From Candidatus Hermodarchaeota archaeon (GTDB lineage: Archaea; Asgardarchaeota; Lokiarchaeia; Sigyniarchaeales; SOKP01): a stretch of DNA of 58,071 nucleotides. Both the position numbers and the translations under genes were made by a program. The stretch spans positions 1 through 58,071 of the forward strand of contig JBHLLG010000016.1 in the NCBI GenBank assembly GCA_048885925.1, read 5' to 3'. Under the pieces are notes generated by a model. It was not told the DNA's origin. It was given only the letters and a program-made list of their open reading frames with translations, and ran no database searches. This document shows positions 40,096 to 50,567 of this stretch, in pieces. How positions within the stretch are numbered: the first letter of the stretch is position 1; each line of letters starts with the position of its first letter.

Positions 40096-40911
40096 ATGAA
40101 AGTAGAAGATTTTGAAGATATTATTTATGAAAAGGAAAATAACGGTATATGTACTGCCATGATTTCAAGACCGGAAGGAAGGAATGCTGTAACTTATATT
40201 ACTTTTTTAGAAATATATACTCTTTTAGAAGATATGGAAAAAGATAGAAATGCTAAAGTTCTAATAATAACTGGAGATCCAAGGGGAGATGCATTTACAT
40301 CTGGTGGTTATTTTAAACCAGAAATGATGGAAAAAATGAGAAAATATCCAGAGATTGACCTTATGGATATTGCGCAGAAAAGAGTATGTATGAAATTTTG
40401 GGACTTCAATAAGCCAGTTATAGCTGCTATTAATGGGATGGCTATTGGAGGAGGTATTACAATGCCTTTAGCTGGAGCGGATTTAATATATATGGCAGAG
40501 GATGCTTGGTTAGGCTTCTATTTCTCAAAAAGAGCCATTATTCCCGAGTTTTCTTGCTCATTTCTATTACCCTTACTAGTTGGGTTTCAAAAAGCAAAGG
40601 AAATTTGTTATTTTGGTGATGAAATTACAGCACAGAAAGCCTATGAACTTGGACTTGTAAATAAAGTTTTACCATCAAAAGAATTAATGTCTTATGCAAG
40701 AAAGCAAGCATTAAGATTAATTCCACCAAAAGGTCCAAGTCTATCCTTAAAACTGATGAAAAAAACAATGCACGCTTATTTTCGGGAGATCTTAGAAAAA
40801 ACTTTAGATTTAGAGAATAGAGCATTAAGAAAAGTTTTTACATCAAAAGATTTTAATGAATCTATGAAAGCTCTTAAAGAAAAGCGAGACCCAGTTTTCA
40901 TTGGTCGATGA
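40096..40911 (+). CDS. Crotonase-family protein (isomerase-like)
   Basis: AFTSGG, KPVIAAINGMAIGGG, IIPE and EKRDPVF.GR. Confidence 0.88.
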   Translation: MKVEDFEDIIYEKENNGICTAMISRPEGRNAVTYITFLEIYTLLEDMEKDRNAKVLIITGDPRGDAFTSGGYFKPEMMEKMRKYPEIDLMDIAQKRVCMKFWDFNKPVIAAINGMAIGGGITMPLAGADLIYMAEDAWLGFYFSKRAIIPEFSCSFLLPLLVGFQKAKEICYFGDEITAQKAYELGLVNKVLPSKELMSYARKQALRLIPPKGPSLSLKLMKKTMHAYFREILEKTLDLENRALRKVFTSKDFNESMKALKEKRDPVFIGR

Positions 40912-41048
40912 TTGGACTTTCTTAAGAAAATCTCAAGTGTCTCTTTACCTTTTATTAAAACATAAATATTTCTTTTTTTTTATGTTAAAAATTAAACATA
41001 TAGATTAAAATCTATAATTTTAAATGTTATCTGATAGAAATATTTTTT

Positions 41049-42602
41049 ATGAAAAATAGCATATATGATGAAAGTAAAGTAATTGATACCTATCCGATTA
41101 TAGTTATTGGAGCTGGTCTCGGAGGTCTTGGTGCGGCATGTCAACTTGCACTCGTAGGGAAGAAAGTTTTATTACTTGAAAAACATAATGTCCCAGGTGG
41201 TTTTGCAACATCTTTTGTAAGAGGTAGATTTGAATTTGAGGGTGCTTTACATGAATTAAGTGATATTGGTACTATTGACAATAAAGGTAGTTTATATAGA
41301 TTTTTGGAGAGAATTGGAGTAATTCCTGATAAAATCCAATTCAAACAAATTCCAGAATTTTATAGATCTGTATTTTTAGATGGATATGATGTTACCTTAC
41401 CAATTGGTTTAGAAGAATATATTGAGAAGTTAATTGAACTATTTCCCTCTGAGAAAAAGGGAATAGTAGAATTTATAGATATGTGTCAAAAAGTTCTAGC
41501 TGGTATTGAATTTATAGCAAGAAGAAGAGGAAAATTTTCTCCTTTAGAAGTCCTTAAAGAACATCCTTGGCTCGTAAGGGTTTCTGGTCTCACATTACAA
41601 GAAGTTTTTGATAAGTTCTTTACTGATAAACGCCTTATGGCAATTATTGCACAATTATGGGGATATTTAGGATTGCCTCCTAATAGACTAAATGCGTATG
41701 CCTTTATTGCTATGTTAATTACCTATTTAAAATGGGGTGCTGCTTTTCCGATTGGAAGATCTCATGCATTTACATCTGCGATTGTAAAGGCTCTAGAAGA
41801 ATTAGGAGGTGAAATAAGGTATAATGCTTTAGTTAACCGTATATTAGTTCAAGATGGCAGAGTGTGTGGTGTAGAACTTCTTAATGGTGATGTTTATCAA
41901 TGTAAGGCGGTAATTTCAAATGTTAATCCAATATGTACAACAATGAAAATGCTACCCAATGATATCGTTCCGGATGATTATAAAAAGCAGATTTATGCTC
42001 CTGAGATCGGTCCCTCGGCATTCTCAGTTTATATAGGGTTAAATGCGTCATATAAAGATTTAGGATTGAATGCACATGAGACATTTATAAATGAAACAGA
42101 CAATTTAAATAAAGTCTATGATATATTTACTAGATTAGAGCCTCCAAAATATATGGTAGCTGCTTGTTATAATCATATTTATAATGATATATCCCCTCCC
42201 GGAACATCTCAATTAGTTCTTACAACGTTGCAAATGGGTAAGTTATGGCAATCAGTTTCCCCAGATCAATATTTTAAAGTAAAGGATTACATTGCAGATA
42301 AAATGGTTCAACTGATAGAGAAAACTATTTGTTCAAATATTCGCGATTATATAGAAATTGCTGAAGCAGCAACACCCCTTACTTATTATCGATATTCAAA
42401 AAATATTGAGGGTGCTATCTATGGTTATACCCAAGATCTAATGAATGGACCAACTCTTAGATTAAAAAGTCGTGGATCTATTCCTGGATTATATCAGAGT
42501 GGTGCTTGGACAAATATCGGAGGAGGATTCTCTACAAGTATTCTTGGTGGGAGAATTGCTGCAGGAATGTATTTAAAAGATGAAAAGGAAGGAAGGTGGT
42601 AA
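41049..42602 (+). CDS. Phytoene desaturase / retinol saturase-family FAD oxidoreductase
   Basis: GAGLGGL, EKHNVPGG..TSF.RGRFEF, ATPLT..RY...GAIYG and IPGLY. Confidence 0.85.
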   Translation: MKNSIYDESKVIDTYPIIVIGAGLGGLGAACQLALVGKKVLLLEKHNVPGGFATSFVRGRFEFEGALHELSDIGTIDNKGSLYRFLERIGVIPDKIQFKQIPEFYRSVFLDGYDVTLPIGLEEYIEKLIELFPSEKKGIVEFIDMCQKVLAGIEFIARRRGKFSPLEVLKEHPWLVRVSGLTLQEVFDKFFTDKRLMAIIAQLWGYLGLPPNRLNAYAFIAMLITYLKWGAAFPIGRSHAFTSAIVKALEELGGEIRYNALVNRILVQDGRVCGVELLNGDVYQCKAVISNVNPICTTMKMLPNDIVPDDYKKQIYAPEIGPSAFSVYIGLNASYKDLGLNAHETFINETDNLNKVYDIFTRLEPPKYMVAACYNHIYNDISPPGTSQLVLTTLQMGKLWQSVSPDQYFKVKDYIADKMVQLIEKTICSNIRDYIEIAEAATPLTYYRYSKNIEGAIYGYTQDLMNGPTLRLKSRGSIPGLYQSGAWTNIGGGFSTSILGGRIAAGMYLKDEKEGRW

Positions 42603-42605
42603 GAG

Positions 42606-43805
42606 ATGGAAAAAGAGATAATGAATGATGTAAAAAAATATCAAAAACTTGAGAAGTTAAAAAAATGGCGAGATGAAGTTATGCCAATTCCTTGGTATTT
42701 TGATGGATTAGAAAGTCTTTGTGATCGTATTCATCCAGAAAAGCAATTATTGCAAGTCACAGACATACAAGAGCTTTCTAAGGATACTAAATTATTCCGT
42801 TTCGTTTCAGCAAGGCATAATAAACCCTTAGCACCATTTAGAGCAGGTCAATATATTGGACTTAATGTCGAAATTAATGGAGTCAGAACATCTAGACCCT
42901 TTTCACTTGTCTCATCGCCAAATCAACATGCTTATTATGAATTGGGAGTAAAAAGAAAAGAGGGAGGTTTTGTAAGTATTTATTTACTTGATAAAATAAA
43001 AGTTGGAGATATATTAGAAGCGACAGAACCATTAGGGGAATTATATTATAATCGTGTTTTCCATGGGAAGGATTTAGTTTTTATTGCTGGTGGTTCTGGA
43101 ATTACGCCATTCATTTCACTATTAAGAGATATCTCACAAAGGAACTTAGATTTGAATGTTTGGTTGTTATTCGGATGTGTATCTGAGGATGATATATTAT
43201 TTAAAGATGAACTTGAAGATTTTGTAAATAGACGATCTAACATCAGAGTTCGATTTATCCTCTCAGAACCAGGTCCAAATTGGGATGGTGTGTGTGGATT
43301 TATTACAAAAGATAAAATTTTAGATGATATAAAATCGATTGATAACAAATTCTTTTTTGTAGTAGGAAATCGGGCGATGTATTCATTCATAAAAGATCAA
43401 ATGAAAGCATTAGGAGTCCCCAGACATCGTATCATATATGAATCTTATGGTGTTCCTGACGATGTAACAGATATAAAAGGATGGCCAAAAGATATTACAA
43501 CTTCAAAAAGTATAAAGATTACAGTAGAACTTATGAAGCAAGGGATTAAGGTAAAAGAAGTAATTGAAGCAGCATGTGTTGAACCAATTTTAAATAGTCT
43601 TGAAAGAGAAAAAGATCTAGGAATAAATATTAAAAATGGATGCCGATCAGGAGCATGTGCTTTATGTAGAACTAAACTGATATCTGGTAAAATTTTCATT
43701 CTCCCTGAAGTAACAATAAGAGAAATTGATTTAGATTATGGCTATATTCATCCTTGTGTTTCCTACCCTTTAACTGATATACATATTGATTTAACTCTAA
43801 TCTGA
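42606..43805 (+). CDS. FNR-family FAD/NAD(P)H reductase with a C-terminal [2Fe-2S] domain
   Basis: FRAGQY, RPFSLVS, GFVS, AGGSGITP and CRSGACALC...C. Confidence 0.9.
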   Translation: MEKEIMNDVKKYQKLEKLKKWRDEVMPIPWYFDGLESLCDRIHPEKQLLQVTDIQELSKDTKLFRFVSARHNKPLAPFRAGQYIGLNVEINGVRTSRPFSLVSSPNQHAYYELGVKRKEGGFVSIYLLDKIKVGDILEATEPLGELYYNRVFHGKDLVFIAGGSGITPFISLLRDISQRNLDLNVWLLFGCVSEDDILFKDELEDFVNRRSNIRVRFILSEPGPNWDGVCGFITKDKILDDIKSIDNKFFFVVGNRAMYSFIKDQMKALGVPRHRIIYESYGVPDDVTDIKGWPKDITTSKSIKITVELMKQGIKVKEVIEAACVEPILNSLEREKDLGINIKNGCRSGACALCRTKLISGKIFILPEVTIREIDLDYGYIHPCVSYPLTDIHIDLTLI

Positions 43806-44003
43806 CTTAAAATAGTTGAAATCTTAAATGCAATTTTAGCAATTAATATTCAAAATTCCAAAAGATTGAATTTCGAACAAGTAAAAAATGAATATTATAG
43901 TTAGAGACAATCTGATAATGAAACTGTAAAATTTTTTCTTTCAACTCTAAAAAGACTAGGTTTAATAGATCTTAGATAAAATAATAAAAATAAGAAAATT
44001 AAT

Positions 44004-44843
44004 TTATTTCCATCGCCATTTTGGCTTTGCTTTTTGAAGACGAGCAAGCGCTCCAGATGTAGCATCTTTCGTTTGAAGTAATTGGGAACTTACTAATGTT
44101 TCTAGCTCTAAACCTAAAGCTGTGTCTTTACCATAACAATCATCTATTAACTTTTTACCAAGTCCTACTGCTAGGGGTGCAGAATCAATTAGTTCATCTG
44201 TGTACATTTTAATAATTGAGTTTAAATCATCATGATTTTTTACAACCCGATTGACAACACCTAGTCTATAAGCCTCATTCCCATCAAATTTACGTCCAGT
44301 TAAAATGATATCCTTGGTATTTGGAATTCCTACTAATCGTGTTAATCTACAAGTGCCCCCTACGTCAGGCGTCATACCTATCTTAGATTCTAACATATGG
44401 AATTCAGCCGATTCTGTACAAAATCTAAAATCACACGCTAAAGCTAGCTCAAAAGCCATTCCATAACAATACCCATTTATCTTGGCAATCACAGGTTTTT
44501 CCATCTTTTCAATTTTAGTAAAAATAGGATGGATCCAAGTATTTGCAAAATATCTAAAATTTCGCGGGATCCTTAAATCAGGAATAAATCCTTCGGGATC
44601 TTTTTCTTGACCAGTTAAAAAGTTTAAATCTATCCCTGAACTAAAAAATTCATCTCCTCCAGTTATTATTACAACCCTAGCTTCAGTTCGTTCAACTTTA
44701 TCAATTGCTTTTTGAAGTCCGACCATTAAATCATAATTCATGGCATTCTTTTTTTCTAAACGATTCAATTTTATAGTTGTAATAGTTTTATCTTCATTTT
44801 CCTCTATTAATACAGCGTTTTCATTCATTTTTATTCTCTTCAA
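44004..44843 (-). CDS. Enoyl-CoA hydratase
   Basis: FSSGIDL, KPVIAKING, GMAFELALACD and LESKIG..PD (both acidic catalytic positions present). Confidence 0.9.
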   Translation of the reverse strand: MKRIKMNENAVLIEENEDKTITTIKLNRLEKKNAMNYDLMVGLQKAIDKVERTEARVVIITGGDEFFSSGIDLNFLTGQEKDPEGFIPDLRIPRNFRYFANTWIHPIFTKIEKMEKPVIAKINGYCYGMAFELALACDFRFCTESAEFHMLESKIGMTPDVGGTCRLTRLVGIPNTKDIILTGRKFDGNEAYRLGVVNRVVKNHDDLNSIIKMYTDELIDSAPLAVGLGKKLIDDCYGKDTALGLELETLVSSQLLQTKDATSGALARLQKAKPKWRWK

Positions 44844-45055
44844 AAATTTAATTTTTGAGTATTATAATTTTATTTGGATAAAAAAACTATTTATTTCACT
44901 CTTTACTTAAAAAAGCGCCAGAAATTTTCGTTAATTCATTCAAAATGCTACAATCTTTACTTAAACGTATACTCTCTTTTTTTTTTATTCTGGTTAAATT
45001 TTAATAAATTACCATGTTATTCTTACTTAAAATTATATTATGCTGAGGATTAAAT

Positions 45056-47068
45056 TTGAAATTCTTTAAACTGTTTACACCCTTTAAAATTAGAAATATG
45101 ACTGTCTCCAACCGTATAATTATGCCTGCTTTGAATCTTAACCTTGCTAACAATGGTTTTATAACAGAAAAATTGATAAATTTTTATTGCGAGAGGGCAA
45201 AGGGGGGAGCCGGTATGTTAATAGTAGGAGGATGTTATGTAGACATCTATGGAAAAGGATTACCTGCCATGATTTCGATAGAAAGCGATGAATACCTCCC
45301 AAAGTTAACAGAATTTACTGAAGCAATACATAAAGCTAGAGATGATGTAAAGGTCGTTTGTCAGCTATACCATGGCGGAGCATATACATTACCTCAGATA
45401 ATTGGAAAAACCCCTATCGCTCCTTCTGCTGTATACAGCAACTTTAGTAAAACAACTCCAAGAGAAATGACTCTTGAAGATATAAAAAGGGAACAGCAAG
45501 CTTTTGCTGAGGCAAGTATACGGGCAAAAAAAGCAGGATTTGATGCCGTGGAAATTTGTGCTAATGCGGGTTATTTATTTACTCAATTTCTATCCCCTAA
45601 GACCAATATCCGAACTGATCAATATGGAGGTAGTCTTGAAAATCGCTTAAGATTTCCTATTGAAACAATTCAATTAATGAGATCTGGTGTAGACGATTTT
45701 CCAATTGGATATCGAATTTCTGGGGATGATTTTGTACCAGATAGTAATACGTATAGAGAAAAAGCTACAATCGCTGAAAATCTGGGTAAATATTTAGATT
45801 ATTTCAATGTCACGGGAGGTTGGCATGAAACTAAAACCCCTCAAACAACTATGGATGTTCCAGAAGGATGTTACACATATTTAGCAGAAAATGTTAAAAA
45901 GAAAGTATCTATACCCGTTTTTGCTTCCAATCGAATTAATAATCCCGAATTAGCGGAACAAGTATTAATGGCTAGAAAAGCAGACGCTATCTGTATGGGT
46001 AGATCATTAATAGCTGATCCATATTTGCCAATGAAAGCAAAAAGAGGTGAATTGAAAGATATTATGAATTGTATTGGCTGTAATCAAGGTTGTTTTGATG
46101 CAATATTTAAAATGATGCCAATTTCTTGTTTAAGGAATGCTAGAGCTGCAAATGAAGCCAGAACCGAATTAAAACCTCTTAAGGAAAAAAAGAAAATAAT
46201 GATTATTGGCTCTGGACCTGGAGGATTAGAAGCTGCTAGAGTTGCAGCTATGAGAGGTCATGAAGTTCATATTTTTGAAAAAAATGACAAAATAGGAGGA
46301 TTATTGAACATTATTTGGATACCCCCAGGAAGAAATGAATTCAAAAGAATGATTGATAATTATTTATACTGGATTCAAAAATATGGAATAAACTTGCATC
46401 TTGAGAAAGACGTTTCAATTGATATGGTTAAAGAATTTAACCCCGATGTTGTACTTTTAGCAACGGGTTCAAAACCAATATCACCGCCGATCCCTGGTAT
46501 AGATAGAGAAAATGTTTATTGGGCTAATAATGTTTTTAGTGGAGATGCTCCAGTAGGACGTAATAATGTAATCATTGGTGGAGGTGCAACAGGAATCGAA
46601 CTTGCCATTTATTTAGCTAAATTTGGAGCTTTAAGCCTTGAAGCCTTTGATTTTCTTACATTATACAATGCTTTAGAACCTGAAACTGCTTTAAAAATGC
46701 TGCACGGAGGGAGAAACCAGGTAAATGTATTAGAACAATTACCAAAATTAGGTTCAGCTTTAGGAAAAACAACTAAATGGGTACTTCTTGATAAATGTGA
46801 TGCTTTAGGTGTTAAATTTCATACAAGTGTTAGGGTTAAAGAAATTGGAGATAATTATGTGAGTTTTATCGATGCTGCTGATAAAGAGCAGATTATTAAT
46901 GAGGTTGATATGGTATATTACGCTACTGGAGTAGAACCAAATGATTCACTTTTCAAAGAAATAAAACAGCTTGAAAACATCAAAGTAGAAAAAATAGGAG
47001 ATGCAAGAAAACCAGAAACAGTTTTAGAAGCTGTTCATAGAGCTTATAAAATAGCAAATAGTATATAA
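45056..47068 (+). CDS. fadH: 2,4-dienoyl-CoA reductase (OYE/FadH family)
   Basis: [42 protein letters not shown] (4Fe-4S), GSGPGG and GKTTKW. Confidence 0.85.
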   Translation: MKFFKLFTPFKIRNMTVSNRIIMPALNLNLANNGFITEKLINFYCERAKGGAGMLIVGGCYVDIYGKGLPAMISIESDEYLPKLTEFTEAIHKARDDVKVVCQLYHGGAYTLPQIIGKTPIAPSAVYSNFSKTTPREMTLEDIKREQQAFAEASIRAKKAGFDAVEICANAGYLFTQFLSPKTNIRTDQYGGSLENRLRFPIETIQLMRSGVDDFPIGYRISGDDFVPDSNTYREKATIAENLGKYLDYFNVTGGWHETKTPQTTMDVPEGCYTYLAENVKKKVSIPVFASNRINNPELAEQVLMARKADAICMGRSLIADPYLPMKAKRGELKDIMNCIGCNQGCFDAIFKMMPISCLRNARAANEARTELKPLKEKKKIMIIGSGPGGLEAARVAAMRGHEVHIFEKNDKIGGLLNIIWIPPGRNEFKRMIDNYLYWIQKYGINLHLEKDVSIDMVKEFNPDVVLLATGSKPISPPIPGIDRENVYWANNVFSGDAPVGRNNVIIGGGATGIELAIYLAKFGALSLEAFDFLTLYNALEPETALKMLHGGRNQVNVLEQLPKLGSALGKTTKWVLLDKCDALGVKFHTSVRVKEIGDNYVSFIDAADKEQIINEVDMVYYATGVEPNDSLFKEIKQLENIKVEKIGDARKPETVLEAVHRAYKIANSI

Positions 47069-47136
47069 TATATAATTTTTTTATTTTTCCTTTTTTAAAG
47101 GAAATCTAAAATTAACAAAAAAAATTTTAATAAAAA

Positions 47137-47586
47137 TTAAATCTGTTTGAAATATTCAATATCCAATATCCGTTTTCTCGGTTTTTCTTTAAAGACAGCT
47201 TCGACTCGCATCCCGATTTTTAACTTTTTTGGATCACTTTCCTTTATAATATGCACAAAATCCGTATCAGCACCATCAAGTGTAATTATCCCATAAGCAA
47301 AAGGAGGCTCTAAAGGTAAAACGGGTGTTGAATGGGTGATAACTGTAAAACCTTTAATTATTCCTTGATTTCCCACCTCTATCCATTCTTCCATCTTTTC
47401 AAAGCATTCAAAACAGATCAGTTTGGGAGGTACAAATATCTTACCACATTTAGGGCATTTCACACCCATAATTTTATGATTTTTTCCTATTTCAGTAATG
47501 AATCTTTCAACATATGCCCCAGCAGTATGCTTATATGGAACTTTAATCCTTCCCCTAAACATTTTCTTCTCTTTATCCTCACTCAA
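47137..47586 (-). CDS. DUF35 protein (cassette B)
   Basis: CPKC...PP...CFEC, LDGADT and GMRVEAVF. Confidence 0.9.
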   Translation of the reverse strand: MSEDKEKKMFRGRIKVPYKHTAGAYVERFITEIGKNHKIMGVKCPKCGKIFVPPKLICFECFEKMEEWIEVGNQGIIKGFTVITHSTPVLPLEPPFAYGIITLDGADTDFVHIIKESDPKKLKIGMRVEAVFKEKPRKRILDIEYFKQI

Positions 47587-47588
47587 TT

Positions 47589-48074
47589 TTATCCCTCCGA
47601 TTCTTCTCTTATAATTCTAAAATAGAGAATATCTTCACTATTTCCTTCTCGTTTTTCTTTAAAAACTGCCTCTACACGCTGCCCTATTTTAAACTTAGTG
47701 TGATCCGTCTCGTCCACAAAATGCATCATATAGGTATCAGCACCATCTAATTTGAATATTCCATAACCATAAGGGAAGGGACGCATTCCTCCTGTTGTTG
47801 GATCAATAAAAGGATAATTCACAACTGTAAAACCCTCCAAGGTACCTCTTGAAGATATTTCAACCATATCATTTACCGTCATTTCTACTAAACAATCAGC
47901 ACAAACTGCTCTCGGTGGCATATGTACTTTGTTGCATTTAGGACATCTACTTCCCATTATCCTCTTATTGTCCTTAAGTTCCTCAAAATACTTAACTGCT
48001 AACTTTCCTATAGAATATTTATAGGGCAAGTCTGTTTTCCATTTAATCTCAAATTCTTTTTGTTTTTTTCCCAT
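47589..48074 (-). CDS. DUF35 protein (cassette B)
   Basis: CPKC...PPR..CADC and LDGADT; start at MGKKQ after GAGGTG. Confidence 0.9.
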   Translation of the reverse strand: MGKKQKEFEIKWKTDLPYKYSIGKLAVKYFEELKDNKRIMGSRCPKCNKVHMPPRAVCADCLVEMTVNDMVEISSRGTLEGFTVVNYPFIDPTTGGMRPFPYGYGIFKLDGADTYMMHFVDETDHTKFKIGQRVEAVFKEKREGNSEDILYFRIIREESEG

Positions 48075-48079
48075 TTTTT

Positions 48080-49252
48080 TCACCTCAATGGATTTGGATC
48101 TTTTCCTAGGATAGCAAGTTCTGTCCATAAACTCCCTCCAAACCCCATACCTAATGCTGTTTCTACATCTGGTACTTGTCGCTTACCACCTTGACCCATA
48201 ACTTGTATTGCCGCCTCAGCAAACCGAACTAGTGCTGTGGCACCAATTGGATTGGTACTTAATACGCCTCCAGAAGGATTCACGGGTAATTCACCACTCA
48301 TTTGGGTAATTCCCTCATCCAACAATTTTCCTCCCCCGCCCAAATCTGTAAAACCTAATGCTTCGGTCCAACTAAGTTCTGACCATGAAGTTGGCTCATA
48401 TATTTCTGCTACGTCAAGATCCCTCACAGGATCTCTAATTCCTACTTTTTTATAAATCTTTTTTGAAGCTATTGTTGCTGTGGGAAGATTGTACATGATA
48501 TCATCCGTACCAAAAGTATAATAATGGGCTGTTGAGACTCCCTTAAACCAAGCTGGATTATCTGTTATTTTTTTAGCTTCCTCTTCATTAGCATAAATAA
48601 CTGCACAAGCTCCCTCGCTTTGAGGGCAACAATCATGTAATCTTAAAGGATAGGAAATCATTTGAGAATTCATAACGTCCTCTATAGTAATGTTAGGCAT
48701 TTGCACGTGGGCAAATGGATTATTAGCAGCGTTACTTCTATTTTTAACAGTTACTTTAGCGGCTTGTACTGATGTAATACCATATCTATGTGCGTAAATA
48801 TTAGCCATTAAGGCGAGTGGTCCTAAAGCGCCTGCTAAGGAGGGACGTTCCCATACTGGATCAAAAGCAGTTATTATTCCTGTGGTAGCACCTCCCTCAT
48901 TAAGTTTTTCCCATCCCACAACTAAAACATTTCTATATAACCCAGAAGCAATATTATAATATCCACAAATACCTAAAGACGAACCTGTGGTCCCCCCAGT
49001 GGCAATTTTTACTACAGGCTTTAAGTATCCTGGTGCTGCTTCAATCCCACACCACATTTCAGAGAAATTAATGCCCTCAAAATGATCCATATTACCTATG
49101 AGAATTGCATCAATATCTTTAGGTTCCATTTGCGCATCATCAAGTGCCATCTTAACAGCCTCATAGATCATTTCAGGAATATTCACATCTCTTCTCTTAC
49201 TTCTATATTTCGTTTGCCCTATTCCTACAATTGCTACATTATGTTTTGGCAT
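48080..49252 (-). CDS. Ltp3-like thiolase-fold protein (cassette B)
   Basis: GQTKYRSKRRDV, DHFEG, ATGGTTG (no Cys), EIYEP and NPSGGVLSTNPIGA. Confidence 0.88.
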   Translation of the reverse strand: MPKHNVAIVGIGQTKYRSKRRDVNIPEMIYEAVKMALDDAQMEPKDIDAILIGNMDHFEGINFSEMWCGIEAAPGYLKPVVKIATGGTTGSSLGICGYYNIASGLYRNVLVVGWEKLNEGGATTGIITAFDPVWERPSLAGALGPLALMANIYAHRYGITSVQAAKVTVKNRSNAANNPFAHVQMPNITIEDVMNSQMISYPLRLHDCCPQSEGACAVIYANEEEAKKITDNPAWFKGVSTAHYYTFGTDDIMYNLPTATIASKKIYKKVGIRDPVRDLDVAEIYEPTSWSELSWTEALGFTDLGGGGKLLDEGITQMSGELPVNPSGGVLSTNPIGATALVRFAEAAIQVMGQGGKRQVPDVETALGMGFGGSLWTELAILGKDPNPLR

Positions 49253-49255
49253 CTT

Positions 49256-50398
49256 TTATTCACCTCCGAATATTAATACACAATTCCCTTGTGAACATGT
49301 TCCATTCATTCCGTAAGCTAAACCATTCTTTGCTCCAGATATTTGTCGCTTTCCTGCTTTACCCATTAACTGTAAGGCAATCTCTGCCACACGAATTAAA
49401 CCATTAGCCATTGCAACATTGCTAGATAATATTCCTCCTGATGGATTTACAGGTATTGATCCGTCTATTAGTGTTTCTCCACTTTCAATAAATTTACCAC
49501 CCTCTCCTTTTCCACAAAATCCTAAAGCTTCATAAATCATAAGTTCATGCGTAGAAAAAGCTTCAGAAACCTCAGCTACATCTATATTCTTAACTGGATC
49601 CTTAATTCCAGCCATTTTCAATGCTTCTTTGGCAGCATATTCCAAGGCTATTAAATCAGTCATGGTTCGGTGTCCAAGATAGTAGGCATCGGTACAACTA
49701 GCATATCCCTTTAACCAAACAGGGGTATCAGTAAATCTATTAGCCTTATCCTCATTAGTGAGGAGCATTGCTACTGCGCCATCGCTATAAGCAGGAAAAT
49801 CTAATTCTTTTAAGGGATATGCCAACATAGGTGAATTCAAAACATCATTTATAGATACTTCCTTTTGTATATGAGCATAGGGATTATTAATTGCATTCTT
49901 TCGATTTTTTACCACTACTTTTGCTGCTTGGGTTTCATTAATGCCATATTTACTCATATACATATTTGCCATTAAACCAGCTGAAGATATTTGATCTAAA
50001 CCTAAGTGTCGTTGATAATACGGATCAAATATAGAATTATTTATAAGATATTGATCACCCTCAGAGCATTTAGAATGTGAAACTACTAAAACAGTATCAT
50101 ATTCTCCAGAGAGAATCCTCATAGCGCCATAAACATAAGCAAATGCTCCATCCCCCGAAACTCTAGATTCTGACTTTCTAACTGACCCAACAGCATCTTG
50201 AATCGCCATATTTGCTATTGTTCTTCCATCATTGAAATCATTAGAACCAGTAATCACACATCCGACATCATCATTTGTAATTCCTAACTCATTATGGAGT
50301 TTTGTAACAACTTCAAATACAAGTTCTGAAATTGTTAAATCAATTTTTTCTTCTTCATATTTTGTTTGAGCACATCCAACTATTGCTACTTTATCCAT
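49256..50398 (-). CDS. Ltp4-like thiolase-fold protein (cassette B)
   Basis: GSNDFNDGR, ESRVSGDGA and NPSGGILSSN. Confidence 0.88.
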   Translation of the reverse strand: MDKVAIVGCAQTKYEEEKIDLTISELVFEVVTKLHNELGITNDDVGCVITGSNDFNDGRTIANMAIQDAVGSVRKSESRVSGDGAFAYVYGAMRILSGEYDTVLVVSHSKCSEGDQYLINNSIFDPYYQRHLGLDQISSAGLMANMYMSKYGINETQAAKVVVKNRKNAINNPYAHIQKEVSINDVLNSPMLAYPLKELDFPAYSDGAVAMLLTNEDKANRFTDTPVWLKGYASCTDAYYLGHRTMTDLIALEYAAKEALKMAGIKDPVKNIDVAEVSEAFSTHELMIYEALGFCGKGEGGKFIESGETLIDGSIPVNPSGGILSSNVAMANGLIRVAEIALQLMGKAGKRQISGAKNGLAYGMNGTCSQGNCVLIFGGE

Positions 50399-50567
50399 TT
50401 TAGTCCTCTCTTTTTTTTATATTAGAAATAATAATAATATTGATTGAATTATCTATAAAAACTTTTGAGTTGTAAAATAGTTTATTAAAGAAAAAATAGG
50501 GTTAAAGGTATCTCAACCAAATAGTCTTAAAAACGAGCAATCAGGATTAGGAAAAATGAAAAGAAAA

